Shown: positions 38,035-52,943 of the stretch, piece by piece
Layout: the number at the start of each line of letters is the position of its first letter
How positions within the stretch are numbered: the stretch's first letter is position 1
From: the human T2T-CHM13v2.0 reference genome, Homo sapiens
NCBI RefSeq assembly: GCF_009914755.1
Contig: NC_060934.1
Direction: 5' to 3' (one strand)
Length of the DNA: 64,000 nucleotides
Notes under the pieces: model-generated
The model's database searches: none
What the model was told of the DNA's origin: nothing
What the model saw: the letters and a program-made list of their open reading frames with translations, nothing else
Program-made: the position numbers and the translations under genes

Positions 38035-39819
38035 TACAATGGAGTCAGTCTTTAGAAACTGGTGAATTACAAGGAGAACGTTGAGCCGCTATGGGAGCTT
38101 AGGGATCTCACAGGCCTCCCTGAGGGAAGGAGGGCAAGCTGTGTGTCTTTGGCTGCAGCCTCTCAGGCTTCCCTTCCAGTGGGGGCATGGGTAAGAGGAA
38201 GATGAGAGGAAGCCACCCCGCCAACAGGAAGTGGCTCTTTAGAACGGCTTGTGCTTATCTTGTATTAAAAGGCATCTTGCTGGCAGCCAGTCAGTCAGTT
38301 CACTGGGAGAAATGCAACATGTGGACCAGAAGGAGAGCTAGGAACAGTGGGCAAGGGCACACCTACCATCTACTTGGTGACACTCCAGCATACAAAAGCC
38401 AGAAAAAATTTAGAAATAAACTGAAGGCTCCCTGGCTCTGTGCTCTTTGTCTGCTTTTAGCTCAGTCTGGGCGATTAGATTATGTAGGTTAACCTCATTA
38501 GTTTGAGCTGCTTCCAGCCTACTCCCACAGGTTAGACATTAGCTAGGCAGTGCTGCTGGGTATGAGCAGTTTATCTACAAATTGGCCTTCCCCAGAGTGG
38601 GGTCTTTAAAAAAAAAAGTCACTCAACCAATTCTATTGCTAAATGGTATGATTTTAAAAATTAACTGCAATGTGTTTAGCTAAGCCTGAACTTTTTAATT
38701 TCTCCAAACCATAAGATCTCAATAATTTTTTTCGAATAAAAGATATGCTTGACTTATAAGCAAAGGTCACTAACTCTAACTAATTTGAAGAAAGCCTAAT
38801 CTGCCTTAGTAAAAAAATGTTGGAATATAGAATATTTGGGAAACAATATTAACATAATTTGTTTTATTAATGAATAGGATACTATATGAGGTATCACTAA
38901 TTACAAATCCCCATACTAGAGCCTTATGGGCAAATAGTATTCCTGAAGTAAAATAATTCAGCCTATTCTTTTCATATGTGTTCTTTTATAATGTGTTGTT
39001 TATGGTCTAATTTAAATACAACAACTGATTATCAAAAATAATGAAAATACAAACCTTTATTATTGATCATTGGTGGTATTCCTCAATTAATATGGTTTTA
39101 ACAAGGTTCTTTTAGTTTTGGTCAGAATTTTCATGCCTTTATGTCCTAATGAAGCTATTCTTTATACCAAATTTTATTGTAGGTGAATCACTAAACTTTT
39201 TAAATAAGAAGGAACACATTTTTTGTAGGATAACAATATTATTCATGTTTGTTTTGAATTTAGCAAAAATTGTTTTATTGAGTCATTCATTCAGCAAATA
39301 TTGACTGCATATATTTTTAATCTTAGGATCTGTTCTAGCTTCTGATTAAATCAAAACTGGTATTTACTTCCCCATATTTTTCTCTTTGCTAGAGAAAGCA
39401 CCAGATGTATCTGACTATGATATACCTGACCACATATATCTGACTTTTACTGATTTTTCCATATCTTTTTTCCTGCAAGTTTGCCTCTGTGGCTAATCAA
39501 AATGCTTGAGGACTGAAAGTCGTATAACTGGAAAAAAGTACAGAATGTTCTAGAAAACAAAATGCCTCTTCCACATCCTTGTGTAGACCTGCGGATAGTC
39601 TCTACACACTAGACCTAGTAGCATCGAATCAACTGAATAAATGCTGGAGCATTTAAATCCGTTGCCATTGCCATCTGTTTAAGATTTCCACATCTTTAAC
39701 ACTATTTCCATATGGATAGTCAATATGTTTTTGAGGTTTCTGGTAAAGGAATTTCACTTTAAAAAGAGTCTAAAATTGCTAATTGAATTACACTGTCATA
39801 TTCTCAAGCAATGTATGTA

Positions 39820-40450
39820 GTTGGTGGGAATGTAAAGTGGCACAGCCACTGTGGAAAACAGTATGGTGGTTCCTCAAAAAATTAAACATAGAATTACCAT
39901 TGGATTCATAATTCCACTTCTAGGCATATATCCAAAGGAACTGGAAGAAGGATCTCAAAGAGATATTTGTACACTCATGCTCACAGCAGCATTAGTCATA
40001 ATATCTAAGAGGTGGAAGCACCCCAAGTGTCCATGGACAGATGACTAGATAAACAAAGTGTGGTAATTTACAATGGAATATTATTCAGTCTTAAAAAAGA
40101 AGAAAACTCTGACACATGCTACAACATGGATGACCCTTGAAGGCATTACGCTAATTGAAATAACCCAATCAAAAAAGGACAACCGTGTTATGATTCCACT
40201 TATATGAGGTACCTAGAGTCCTCAAATGCATAGAAACAGAAAGTAGGAAGGTGGCTGCCAGGGGTTGCAGGGAGAGGGAATGAGGAGTCATCGTTTAACT
40301 GAGACAGTGTCCGTTTTGCAAGATAAAAAGAGTTCCGGAAGTGGATGGTAGTGATGGTCACACAGTCATGTGAATGTTCCACTGAACTACATGCTTAAAA
40401 ATGATTAAGATAGTAAATTTTGTATGTGTATTTTATCACAATTAAAAAGA
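39820..40450 (+). mobile_element. L1MB-type LINE-1 3' end
   Basis: ttggtgggaatgtaaagtgg...gtggaaaacagtatggtggttcctcaaaaaattaaacatagaattacc; ORF2 C-terminal remnant MENSMVVPQKIKHRIT. Confidence 0.9.
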
Positions 40451-40818
40451 TTTTTAAAACCCTTATGTATAACATAAGAGCAGGAGAATCAGTAATTATA
40501 ATTAATACTGAGACCATTTAATCCTTAAGTCATGCCAGAACAAGGACACGAATAGGCCAATCACATCAGACAAGTCAGGAGTGAGAACCCAGAGTCATTA
40601 CATCATAGTGCATCACAAACTCAGCAACAGAACTTCAGTCTTTATACCTACCCAAGGGCTGAAATTATCACCTTCTATCAAGGTAACTTTTCTAAGTCTC
40701 GAGTGTGGTATCTTTGACTTACTTTGGAAAAGCAAAAACAAAAGTGTACATTTCTCATACAATGCATTCTTAGGACAGAAAAAAAAAACAGTGTAAAATA
40801 CATTGAATTTAAATCCTT

Positions 40819-41098
40819 AGCCACACCTGTATCCCAGCACTTTGGAAGCTGAGGCAGGAAGTTTGAGGCTAGATATTTGAGACCAGCCTGGGCAACACAG
40901 CAAGACCCTGTCTCTACAAAAAATTAAAAAATTTGCCAAGTGTGGTAGCACACCCCTGTAGTGCCAGCTACTCAGGAGGCTGAGGCAGGAGGATAGCTTG
41001 AGCACAGGAGTTCAAGGCTGCAGTGAGCTATGACTGCGCCACTGCACTCCAGCATGGGCAACAGAGAGAGATCCTGTCTCTAAAATAAATAAATAAAA
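40819..41098 (+). mobile_element. Alu (AluJ-like)
   Basis: cccagcactttggaagctgaggcagga...ttcaaggctgcagtgagctatga. Confidence 0.94.
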
Positions 41099-41169
41099 CC
41101 TTGTGTTTAATACTAAGAAAATGAAAGTGAACAAAGAAATCTGGACCAGGTAAAGGGAGTTATTGTCAT

Positions 41170-41290
41170 TATGAATTCCCCTTTTATAGATGATAAAACT
41201 GAGGCACAGAGAGGTTAAGAAACCTGCTGACAGTCACAAAGTGAATCCGTGGTACAAACAGGATTCAGAGTTCACACTCTTAACCACCCA
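41170..41290 (-). mobile_element. MIR SINE fragment
   Basis: ttttatagatgataaaactgaggcacagagaggttaag. Confidence 0.8.
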
Positions 41291-44284
41291 CCACAAAGAT
41301 AGAGGTGTAGGGAGGTTGTGGTGTTAGGATTTCGGGGAATGGGGAGGATTTGCTGTGTACAAGTACCAAAGAGGGAAATATCAAAACCGAAGCCCATCAA
41401 GGACTCAAAAGCCCAAACTCTGTAGCCTATGACTTTACGAGACGTCTAGCAAGGAGTAATAATCCATTTTGGCTCTAGCTGAAAGGGCGGTTCAAGCCTC
41501 CTCTCAGAGCATAAAAGTATGGTTTCTATTATACAAAATGGAAACTTCCTAGCCTACAACTTCTTTCCTAAAATAGTACATGCTGTTCCCCACATTTGTG
41601 TTGTCAATGTATTTTTAACTGTAATGTGAAGACACACTTCTCAGCAGAAAAAAATGAAGGAATGGGACCAAAATGACTTAGGGAAAGGTGCCAGAATTAA
41701 TTTGCCAGCCATTCAGCAATCAGTCAAAGGCAGAGCATTTCCTGAGGCAGCAATTTATCCTTTGGCTGTCACATCAAACCCCAGCTGTTTTAGAAGAGCG
41801 CCTAGCAAAGATGAGCAGGTGATGCTCTGTGGGTCCTTATTCATCAAATACACACGGGATCATCAGTGAGAACAGGGGACTGAGCCAATGAACTAGCTTG
41901 CCTACACCTCTCATTTACTGTCTTATTTATCTACTCTTCATTATCTAATTTTTCATCCAGTCTAGTTGAACCTCCCAAGCAAATGGTTTCACACCAATCC
42001 ACGGGCAGACAGCTCCCCCATCAAATGTACCTTCCAACTGGAAACCTCAGCCTTGGCTCCACGGGAAGTCACACCTTCCTGATCCCAGGTTCTGTGTGTG
42101 TCACTAATGGTGGGTTGGTAATGATGCCTTTTATTTTTTATGCTTCCTCTGATTAGAGTGAAACTGTGTTTCTCTAATGCTAACAGCCCAGTGAATGTGA
42201 AAAATTCAACTCTCCTGGCTGGGAGTATGTTACAGCCATCATGATTTCTGTTCCCAGTAAAAAGTCTGAATAACTGTGTTGATTACAGCCAAATAATCTT
42301 GCAAAAGTCCACCTCTACCCGTGAAGTCATGTAAATAATTCCAAAGATTGTCATATACTAGTCCTTATTTAATTGAAAACAGGCAAATTCTTTTAATCCA
42401 AATATACATTATATTATGCACATCAAAAATAAAGCACTAAAAGGAAATTATAAAAACCAATGACCATTATGTTAATAGCTGCAATAAGAAGAGATGAGTC
42501 GTAACATATACACACTAACACTGCCCAAAACAGGTAGTAGAAGGTTAGTGTATTCACAAGAACTTACTACATTTACTATTTTTAAAAAGTCTATCTGAAT
42601 TTTCAGTAAATATTCTTCCTATAAAGGATCCACAGTTTTAAATCTTAGAAGTGCTTAATAAGAATTAGAGACATTTGAATGAATATTTATATATATCAAT
42701 TATGCAATACATTGTCACTGTCCTTTATAATAAGATTGTCTGAAACAGAATGCAGTCATATGAACTGACTGGCATATCTTAGATGCCATTAAAATGTATT
42801 TATCATGACCCCACACCCCCCAAGAAAACCCCACAAAATGTGTCAAGTCCTTGCCTACAATACTAAACATGAAATCAGAATTGATGGGCTCTAAGTTGAT
42901 GAATGTTTGGGCTGGTTACTAAAATGGATGGGGGGTCATTTGTATCCATTCCTCAACAGCATGCTCTGTCAAGGGGAAAAGTTTAATTGAATCTTGCGTT
43001 TTCTCATTTCTTGCTGAAAAGTACGATGTTAAGGCCAGCAAGGTATTAAGAAGACTTCATCATGGGACTTGTCAGATTCTCTCCTCCTCTATTTCCCTCT
43101 ATGTTCCAATGTCAACAAACTTGCCCCAGTTTTTATCAAAGGGCATGTGGTTATCTCCTTCTCTACCCCTTCTTAGCCTCTTCGTTCTTCAGTATAATTG
43201 CAAATCCTAAAAGCAATTCATAGAATAAACAAAATGAAATGTTTGAGTCTTGTTAGCTGAGGTCCAAATGGTGCCAGCACAGAGAATGCCTCACTGCACA
43301 GCTTTCTGGGGTGGAGTTAAGTAGTGATCAAGTTGAAGCCAAAGGAAGAAAGCAGAAGAGAATAGTGATTTGCACCTTTTCAGAATGTATTTCTTCTCTG
43401 TGCCAAACTGCATCTCAGCGCTGAACTTCTTGGATGTGGACTCAGTTCAGCTGCCTTTCTGAAAGTTGCTTGGATTTCAGGGACTCCATAACAATTTGGC
43501 ATTCCACAATTATGGCCTCTTTCAGAGAGCATTTTCCAGAATGTGTGACTAGGACAAAAAGATCTCAGATTTTTCCAAAGGCTTCAGGACAATGTCAATT
43601 AAAACAATTTTGGGGGGATTTGATGGAATGCCAGAAAACTGGTTGCTTCAGCCATGAACAAATAAATAAACAACTCCAAATATTAATTTCGGAATGGACT
43701 TGAGCCAAATCTCTTACTCCCAGACCAGTGGGCTGCAGACTATCAAATGAGATTTCTTCCATCAGGCATTATGAAAAAGAATCAACCCACACGAGGTGTT
43801 CAGAGGGCGATTAAAAGACTACACCACATGTAAAAGTACCAGAATACATGGTATTTTCCCTCACTCCATTATCCCAACCAGGTTTATTTCTGGAAAGACA
43901 GAGTGCCAGAGGAACTGAAGGTAAAGGAAGGGTAAACAGCAAGAGTGATATGAGAACTTTTTAAAATAATAATTGAGAAATTATTTTTTAAAGTGTTACA
44001 TATGTGGCAGGAAACTGGTCTTTTTTTTTTTTTTTTTAACACATAGAAGGTTTTGCCACCCTATCCTCAATTTTCTCTCCAATATAGAAAAGGTGTTTAC
44101 ACTTAAGAGCCTTTTTTAAAGATTGGCCTATTCACTCTCTGTTCAGAGAGGAATTTGGTTTTGCAACCTTGCTAATAGTAAAGAACATATTTACATGTCC
44201 TTCAAATAATAAGGATTCTTAAAAATACCACTGAAAATAATTCTTATTTGGGTAAATTGAGCAGGAAGTAAATGTTTTCAGTCA

Positions 44285-44671
<387 letters not shown>

Positions 44672-45219
44672 TTAATCCATCCAATTGCTTTGAAAGTTTC
44701 TAAGCACTTACTCTCATCTTCTGTACTTAACTCGTCACGGATGAGTATCAAACAGCTCACAGTCCCCATCTATGGACCATGGACCACACTTGGAATTGTG
44801 CTGGTCCACAACATGGCACCACTCTGTCTTAAAAATCTGACTTCCCATAATTTCCCCTGCTTCAGAAAAGCAGAATTATTCTCAACTAATACTTCACAGA
44901 AAGAACTTGACAAAACTTAATAGCAGGTGTTATCTGAAACAAAGGAGAATGGGGAGGGGATTCTGTGGTGGCCCCTACTAGAATGTGGGAAATGTTGAAG
45001 GCACAGATTTTTACCTGAATCTCCACTGCCTGGAACTGTGCGTGGTACATAGTCATAGCTCAATAATAGTTTCTGAATGAATGAAATAAACTTGGGAAGC
45101 ACAGAATTTAACAAAGCCAACTTGTTTTATTTAATTTTATTATTTTACTTTCAGCACAATACTCCTTAGAGTATTTAACATGTTAAGAGGAATTGTAAAT
45201 CTCCAAGAGGAGAACATGA

Positions 45220-45519
<300 letters not shown>

Positions 45520-47029
45520 AGAACATGATATTTAGTCACAGAATCCTTTATTTCAAGGAGCAGCTTAAGAAGATGGGAAATGCTAATCTAAAAACTTCCT
45601 CTCCTGACTTCCCACCCTGAAATCTCTGTTTCCCTTGACGCTTCTATCACAAATATGTCTCTCTATGACCTTTTTCAGTTGTCAAAATCCAGTGCTTCCT
45701 GTAACTTTCAAGTCATAAACTACCTCCTCTCTGAGGCCTTTCCTCATTTCACCAATGTGCTGTGCTGTCCCTGCCTTAATGGGAATAGTAACTGCACACA
45801 TCTCTCAGGAGGCCATGTGGGCTGAATGAGATGATCAGTACAGAATGTCTAGAACAGTACCTGGTACTTAGTAAGTGCTCCATGTGTGGTGATTAGCATT
45901 AAGTACCATCACAGCATTTGACTTCTCTGACATCTGAAGAGAACTACAATGAGGTGGAATTCCATTTCCGTATCGACTGTAAGCTCCTTAAAGGAAGAGC
46001 TGTCTTACTCAGCTCTGTATCTTCTAGAAGGAGCAGCACAGTACTTTGCAAATAAGAGGTGCTGGGTTAATATCTGCTGAGTTGAACTAAGCAAGATAAA
46101 ACTGGAGAGAGAGGCCTAAAGAAACAAGAACAATTTTTCTAGGCATCTGATCATAAGTAAGCATGAATAACTTCAATAACTTCATAGCGTTTAGTGTTGG
46201 GGCATGAAATAAATCAATTCTGCTTCTGAGCATGGAAAAAATTTCTGCACTGTTAGGATCTACCAGGGAGTATGTATAACTGGGTCATTTTTACACTTCC
46301 CAAAAAACTTCTTACTATGAGCAATATTTTCTGGGAAATTTTTCATTACAGAACATCTTGGGCTTCTTAGCAACTGACTTACGGTTTTCTAAATTCTAAA
46401 TCCGATAACTTGGAGGCTTGAATTTGAAAGACAAAACTCTCAAGAACTGATATATTGCCACCAATCTAACTGGAGTTATTCCTACTAGCTAGAAGTCCTG
46501 CCTGCATTCCTCTGGGAGAGGAAGCCCCGTCCCTCCCCATCTCATGCCTATTCTATCTTCCCCATGTGACTCAGCCCTCCTTGTCTTCTCCTTGTCTTCA
46601 TTTTTTGGATTCCAAAGTAAAGTCAAACAACAATTCAACAGGAAGTAGACTGAGCCCAGGGAAGGTGATATTTGGCAAGTTCATTATTCCTAAATTCTAA
46701 AATTGAGGCCAAAACAACTTGATCTTTTCTAAAAAAAAAAAATAAAAAAACAAAAAAACAAAAAAAAAACTGGGAGAAGAGGAAGGGAGTTAGAAAGAAC
46801 ATTTGAATCCACATAGGAATGGGGAGCTTGCTTTTGATAACACAAAAAACTAGAGAGTTGCCTGTGCCTTTGAAGGATCTTTACTATTTTAGACAGTTTG
46901 GTGAGAATCCCACCAGCCACTGCTGTTAGCAAATGACAAGGTCTCACCAGTGGATGTGTCTGAGGGCTTACTTAGTAAAAGTCCTTTGAAATATGGAGTC
47001 CAGTGCTATCTATACTTTGATATGCACGT

Positions 47030-47171
47030 ATGTCACCCAAGGGTCTTGGCAAAATCCAGTTTCTCATGCCTTAGTCCTGAGGTGGGGTCAAGTCTATGAG
47101 TCTGCATTTCTAACAAGCTCGCAGATGACACTGATGCTTCCCCTATAGGGCCCACATTTTGAGTAGCAAGG
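47030..47171. mobile_element. MER5A-like hAT DNA transposon
   Basis: tctgcatttctaacaagctc...gatgacactgatgct...ccacattttgagtagcaagg. Confidence 0.8.
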
Positions 47172-48139
47172 AGCTGTTCCCAAAGACGGTGAAGAATAAG
47201 GGGCAAGTATTCTCCATGATGCCTTGAGGACAAGAGATTCAGAAGAATCGATTACAGCCTAAAGGATTTGAACCAGAGATGAAAAAGAATGCTTTCCATG
47301 AAGTATTGCTAGATATTGGAGCCAGTTACAGAGAAAGCTTTTAGACAATTAAGCACAAGATGGGTATCCAAGTGTTTGGGCTGTTGTGATAATTAGCCTA
47401 AACAATATTTCAGGGGTCCAGATTTATCTACTTAGTCTCTCTCCATTGATTCAGTGACCCCAGTAATAGCTGAATCTCCATTGGAATGTGGGTTGTGTAG
47501 ATACAGAAGCAATATCATGACTATATTGAATTCAATTAAAAATAAAGTTTCAGAAAATGGCCCTGATTTGCATCCCTAATTTCTATTCAACTTTCCCATT
47601 TTAGGACACAGTATTGAGTGTGAGGACGAAAACGCTCGCCAACCCAGTCCTGTTTTAGTGACAGCAGATTCTGGGTACTTATGTCTCCTATCGCCATACA
47701 ATATGGCCTAATAAAGTCGCGCCAAAGAGACTAGATTTCATTTCAGAGCAAAGGGTTCAGTCGTAAACTTTAGCTTTCTGGCTGAACAGAGCCATTCCAG
47801 CCGCAAGCATAAATTCTGCTAGTTTTAGGTATCAGAGTGATTGGGAAGCCAAATGGGTTATTTGTGAGCCTGGTAGCAAAGGCAGAAGCGCCAGCTTTAT
47901 TGTGTATTCATTGTTATCTGGACAATCTCTTGTCAGTTAGAGAATATTTTCACAGGAAGTTAGAAGCGATTTCAGAAATTCCCCTCTGCAGTTTCTCAGA
48001 GTGGATTTTAGGCCTCATCAAAAAGACATTTGGTTCAGAGATTGAAAGTGGGCAGCCTATAAATTGCTGAGGTATTTAGCTGGGCTTAGCAGTTTTCCTT
48101 TGAGGAGGAAACCATGATCCTGAGTGCTCACTGAGTACA

Positions 48140-48345
48140 GCAGGGAAGTGCCTAAGTTCACGCAGCCTCTGGCTTCAAAAAATCCCAGCCTTATCATGTG
48201 CTCCTGAGCCAAGGAGCATAACCTCTCCAAGCCTTAATTCCCTTCACCTGCAAAATGAGAGCAACACTAGTACCTACCTCCTAGGGAGGCAGCTGAAATG
48301 AGGTGGTGCATGTAAAGTGCTTAGCAGGGTGCCTGGCAAATAGCT
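48140..48345 (+). mobile_element. MIR SINE
   Basis: ccttcacctgcaaaatgagag...tagtacctacctcctaggg...tgtaaagtgcttagcagggtgcctggca. Confidence 0.8.
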
Positions 48346-51300
48346 AACATTTGTGGAGTACTTTCTATGCAACAGATGAGCATGTGTTCTAACCATACTA
48401 AGAGATGGCATTTATTGAGTTTGTACCTTGTAGACAGTCTATACATGTCAGCTGTCATTATAAGTAATGAGTGATAGTGATAGTGATGATGCTGATGATG
48501 CTGATGATAGACAAGATAGCTCTACTGCTCAGACAAAGGAACTATGCCAATTAGATGTGGGGCCTGTGATTCATGGCTTCCTATTGCTTAGCTGCTGCTA
48601 GAAAAGGCTGGAACATCAGTGATCATACAGTGGTTCTCTGAATTGAAGAGAAACATTAAGCAGCCTGAGTTTGTCCCCAAAAGACAGCAATATTCTCTGG
48701 AGGTCCTCTCTGCCACCCATGGACTTTCCTAACGGCCAGTAAGTTAACTCTGGGTAGATATGATGATAAGGGAGAAGTTGATATTTTGAGGGGACATGAT
48801 GGTCTCCCAAAATAGAAAATGGATCATGTGTGGGTAGCACCATTAACATGATGCAGGATCACCCAGCCTGGCTTTCTGAAAGGAGCCCTGGGCAAACAGG
48901 ACCCTGATGACCAGAATGACACTTGCCCACATCTCTCAGTTAGTACTCCCCACACACTATTCGTACCTGTCGTTCTCCTTCCTATCAAATGGCTTTGCTA
49001 CTCACTTCCAGCCTTGCCTCCACGACTGATTTTGAATGGATACCTAGCATATCCTTGGTCCACAGGATGAGTGTGCAAAAAAAAAAAAAAGGGTACTTAT
49101 TCAAAATATTCTTTTTAAAAATACTTGTCCAGCTTGTATTTGGAGGACAGGCAGAGCAGTAGATGGGGTGATAGAGAGAGGAATGATCCCTGGTCAGAGT
49201 CTTCAGCTACTGACCCTAGTAATTCAATCTTGAGCCCAATTTTGCATACTCAGCAAAAGAAAAGTTTTGCAGTCAAGCAGACCCATGCTTTTTAGAAAGC
49301 AAGTTATAAAATATCTGTCATTACTTGAACATGCCATTTGGGAGGAGGAGACTCATCCCTCCTAGCCGAAAAACCGTATCAAAGTATTCCCCCAAATACC
49401 TTATTAAAGTATTCAAAGTAATCTCAAACTTTCTGCCTCCTGAGAAGAGTTCTGGGAAGCACACTTTTCTATTTCTTGTTGCATTTCTAGAATGTTTTAC
49501 CACTCATTGTAGTTCAGCATCCCCAGAAAACTGACAGGCAGGCCATCACCCTGCAGTTGGTATAAGATGGAAAGAGGGAGAGGACTTGCTATGATCCTGT
49601 TTGGGCAAAGAGACCCCTCCCTGTCCCCATGCTCACCTGTCCCATGAGCAAGTTCAAGTCAATAATACATGTCTATCCACTGAGGTAACTCATTGCAGCA
49701 CACAGCTGTTCTCCTTGCAGTCAACACCAGTGCAGAGCTCTCCCTGGGCAAAGCTGCACTTGCTGGATGGGTTTTCATTAACATATGGGAAAGAATAGTC
49801 AGCAAATCTTCACTGTTGCAGAGGACTGGGAAAAACCAGACAGATGCACCTAGTTCTCACCTATCCATGCAGACAAAATCATCTAGCCTTAGGGAGTGGA
49901 GGGTGAATTGCCAGAGACGCTGAAGGGGTTGGGAAAACCAGTGTCATTTAGGTTGATGAACAATGCTGCTGCCCTAAAAAATGTATTCAGTCAGAAAATT
50001 CTGCTGACTCCGTATCTCACCACAAAGAGCTCCAGGGACCTTCCCCGACATCAGTCATTTACAAAAGTGTTGGCAACACAAAATTGTAAGCACTGTAGGT
50101 AGGGATGCCTTTATGCCACCTTAGAGGGTGGTTTTATATCAGGATTATTCCTCTATCTTCTCCCATCAGTGATCCAGTTCTGAGCCAGTCTCAAATCTCA
50201 TCACAAATAGAAAGCCAAACAGCACCTACCTCCATCTCTTAAGAAAGTTGAAGGAGAGAATTTATAGACTGAGGGGTAGGTGCTTTCATATACGGATAAT
50301 CTTTCAAAAATACCATAAGCTCTTCCATTTTTTTTACAGCAGGTAAATAGGGAGCTAAGAGAGGTTCAGTAGCCTTCCCCAGGTCTTACAGCAAATCGCG
50401 TCCTAATCAGAGTCTTATAATCCTTGCCCTGTCCCATCCTGCTGCCCACTGCACAGCCGCACAACCCCCCTCACACTTCACAAACCAGGGATAACAGGAA
50501 GGGTGAGGGCTGTGGTAGCAATTTTGGATAATATAGTGGTCCATGGGTACTTATAGCAGGGAAATACTATCTGAGATCTTCAGATGATCAAAATTGAATC
50601 CTAGTTAGACTGGAATACCCAATCCCATTCTGAAGGGGAATCAAATATTCCTCTTTCAGTTGTTCTTGCCTCTCTAGCCTATTTAAGGAGAAAGAGAAAA
50701 AAAATACTCAACCACAGATAGAAATGTCCTTCTCATTGCCAAATTTTAGCCAAAACAAGAAATCAACAGAAGCTTCTTAAGAAACTATACCTATTTGTCC
50801 CAGTCTAGAAAAAGGAGAAAGGATAGAATCCATCACCCTAAAAAGCAATGCCACAGGTATGGGGGCCAGGAATAAACAGACTTCCACAGCCAGACTGACA
50901 ACAAAGAGCTTCTGCACACCAGCATCAGTGGGCACAGAGATATATGTTACTTCTCAGTGGGCAGAGATACCCTATCTACTTACAGGATATGGAAAAAAGA
51001 GAGGAAGTGATGACTCTTATTCATAGATATTAATTAGTTACATCCACTTCCCATCCTCCAGTGTATACAGAGTACAGCCATCAAGACAGGACCCCTGTAT
51101 TTCTCCGAACATGAAACCCTAATCACTGGGACTGCATCACTCGTTACCATGAAATACATGTGGCAGTTAATGATAAAAACCACAAAAATTACACTCAGTT
51201 CAAACGTTTTATTGCATGCCATTCTTCAAGATGGCAGATGGCTGCCTAAATTGATCTCAGTGTCATGTTACAGGTGCCCCTAAGTTTCTCTAAATCAGCC

Positions 51301-51902
51301 AAATGAGTTTGAAGTTGAAACGGCCACCTCACATTGTTCTACCAGGAGACGCACAGGATGCCACTGTAATGCAGTTTGCTGAATTATAGTATTCATAGGC
51401 TCTGATTAAAAAAAAAATAGGTGAACTACCTGAAACTTGCCCCACAGAGAATGATTATTGAATATGCTAAAAAGCCATGATGCTGATGACCCTGACTTAA
51501 AGGCAATATTCTCCCCATTCTGGCTGTACAGGGCAAACATAGCATATGGCGGCTAAAGAGATATCTGAGTTACTGGTTCTGGGTAAGATGGAGTTATCAC
51601 AGTTCATCCTGTCTTTCCCACTGAATGATGTTCTAAGACCTGGACAGAATGCATGGAGCAGCTATTTGAAGACATTGAGAATAAACAATGGCAGGTAGAT
51701 TGAAGAAGACCCGAATTAGAAATACCACCAAATCAGCAGTGAATTTACCATTGTTCTCTTCTGGTATCCTCTAGCCTGACCTCGAGGCAGCCAGAACCTG
51801 GAAGGGATCATCAAGATGTGGACAAAAAACCTCCAGGAGAAGCCTCATAGTAGAACTAACTAATGCGAGGTAACTCTTAGAAAAAATGGAGGAAATCACT
51901 GT

Positions 51903-51995
51903 TTTTCCCTCCCTCCCTCCCTCCCTCCATTCCTTCCTCCCTCTCTTCCTTCCTCTCTTTCTTCTTTCCTTTCTTCCTTTCTTTTTCTCTCCTCC
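51903..51995 (+). repeat. Homopyrimidine (CCCT/TTCC)n low-complexity tract
   Basis: Direct reading. Confidence 0.9.
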
Positions 51996-52505
51996 TGTGC
52001 CCCAACACCAAGCCATCTAGTAGTGGCAGTAGCAGTGGTGACAATGCAAGCCAGAAAAAGATTAAAGGAGATAGGAGAATTTTCCTCTCTGCCCAAAAAA
52101 CCTATGGTCCTGAGAGAATGAAAACCAAACCCTATTGCTTTTTGTCTCTCTCTGCCCTTCTACCAGTTGGCCCCAGATGTGAACACAATCACAGAAAGTA
52201 TACAGAAAGCCAGATAACTAAAGCCTCAGCAGCCCTTCCATCAAAAGATCAAAAAGGAAGACCCCAGGGAACCTGAAAATATTGCAGAGATCACATAGAA
52301 AGAGGACATGGGGAAGTAGTCACTAAATTGTTTATAAACTCTGGGGCTCACGCTAAGCTGTGCATGGATGAAACTGACCCTACACAGCACATTTAGATTC
52401 TAAGAACTAAACTACAATATAGACCACCACCCAGTCTGAGGGCAATATTGGACAGATCCAAATAGCACTGCCAACGCTTTGAAAACTCAACTAACATTGA
52501 AGTCA

Positions 52506-52943
<438 letters not shown>

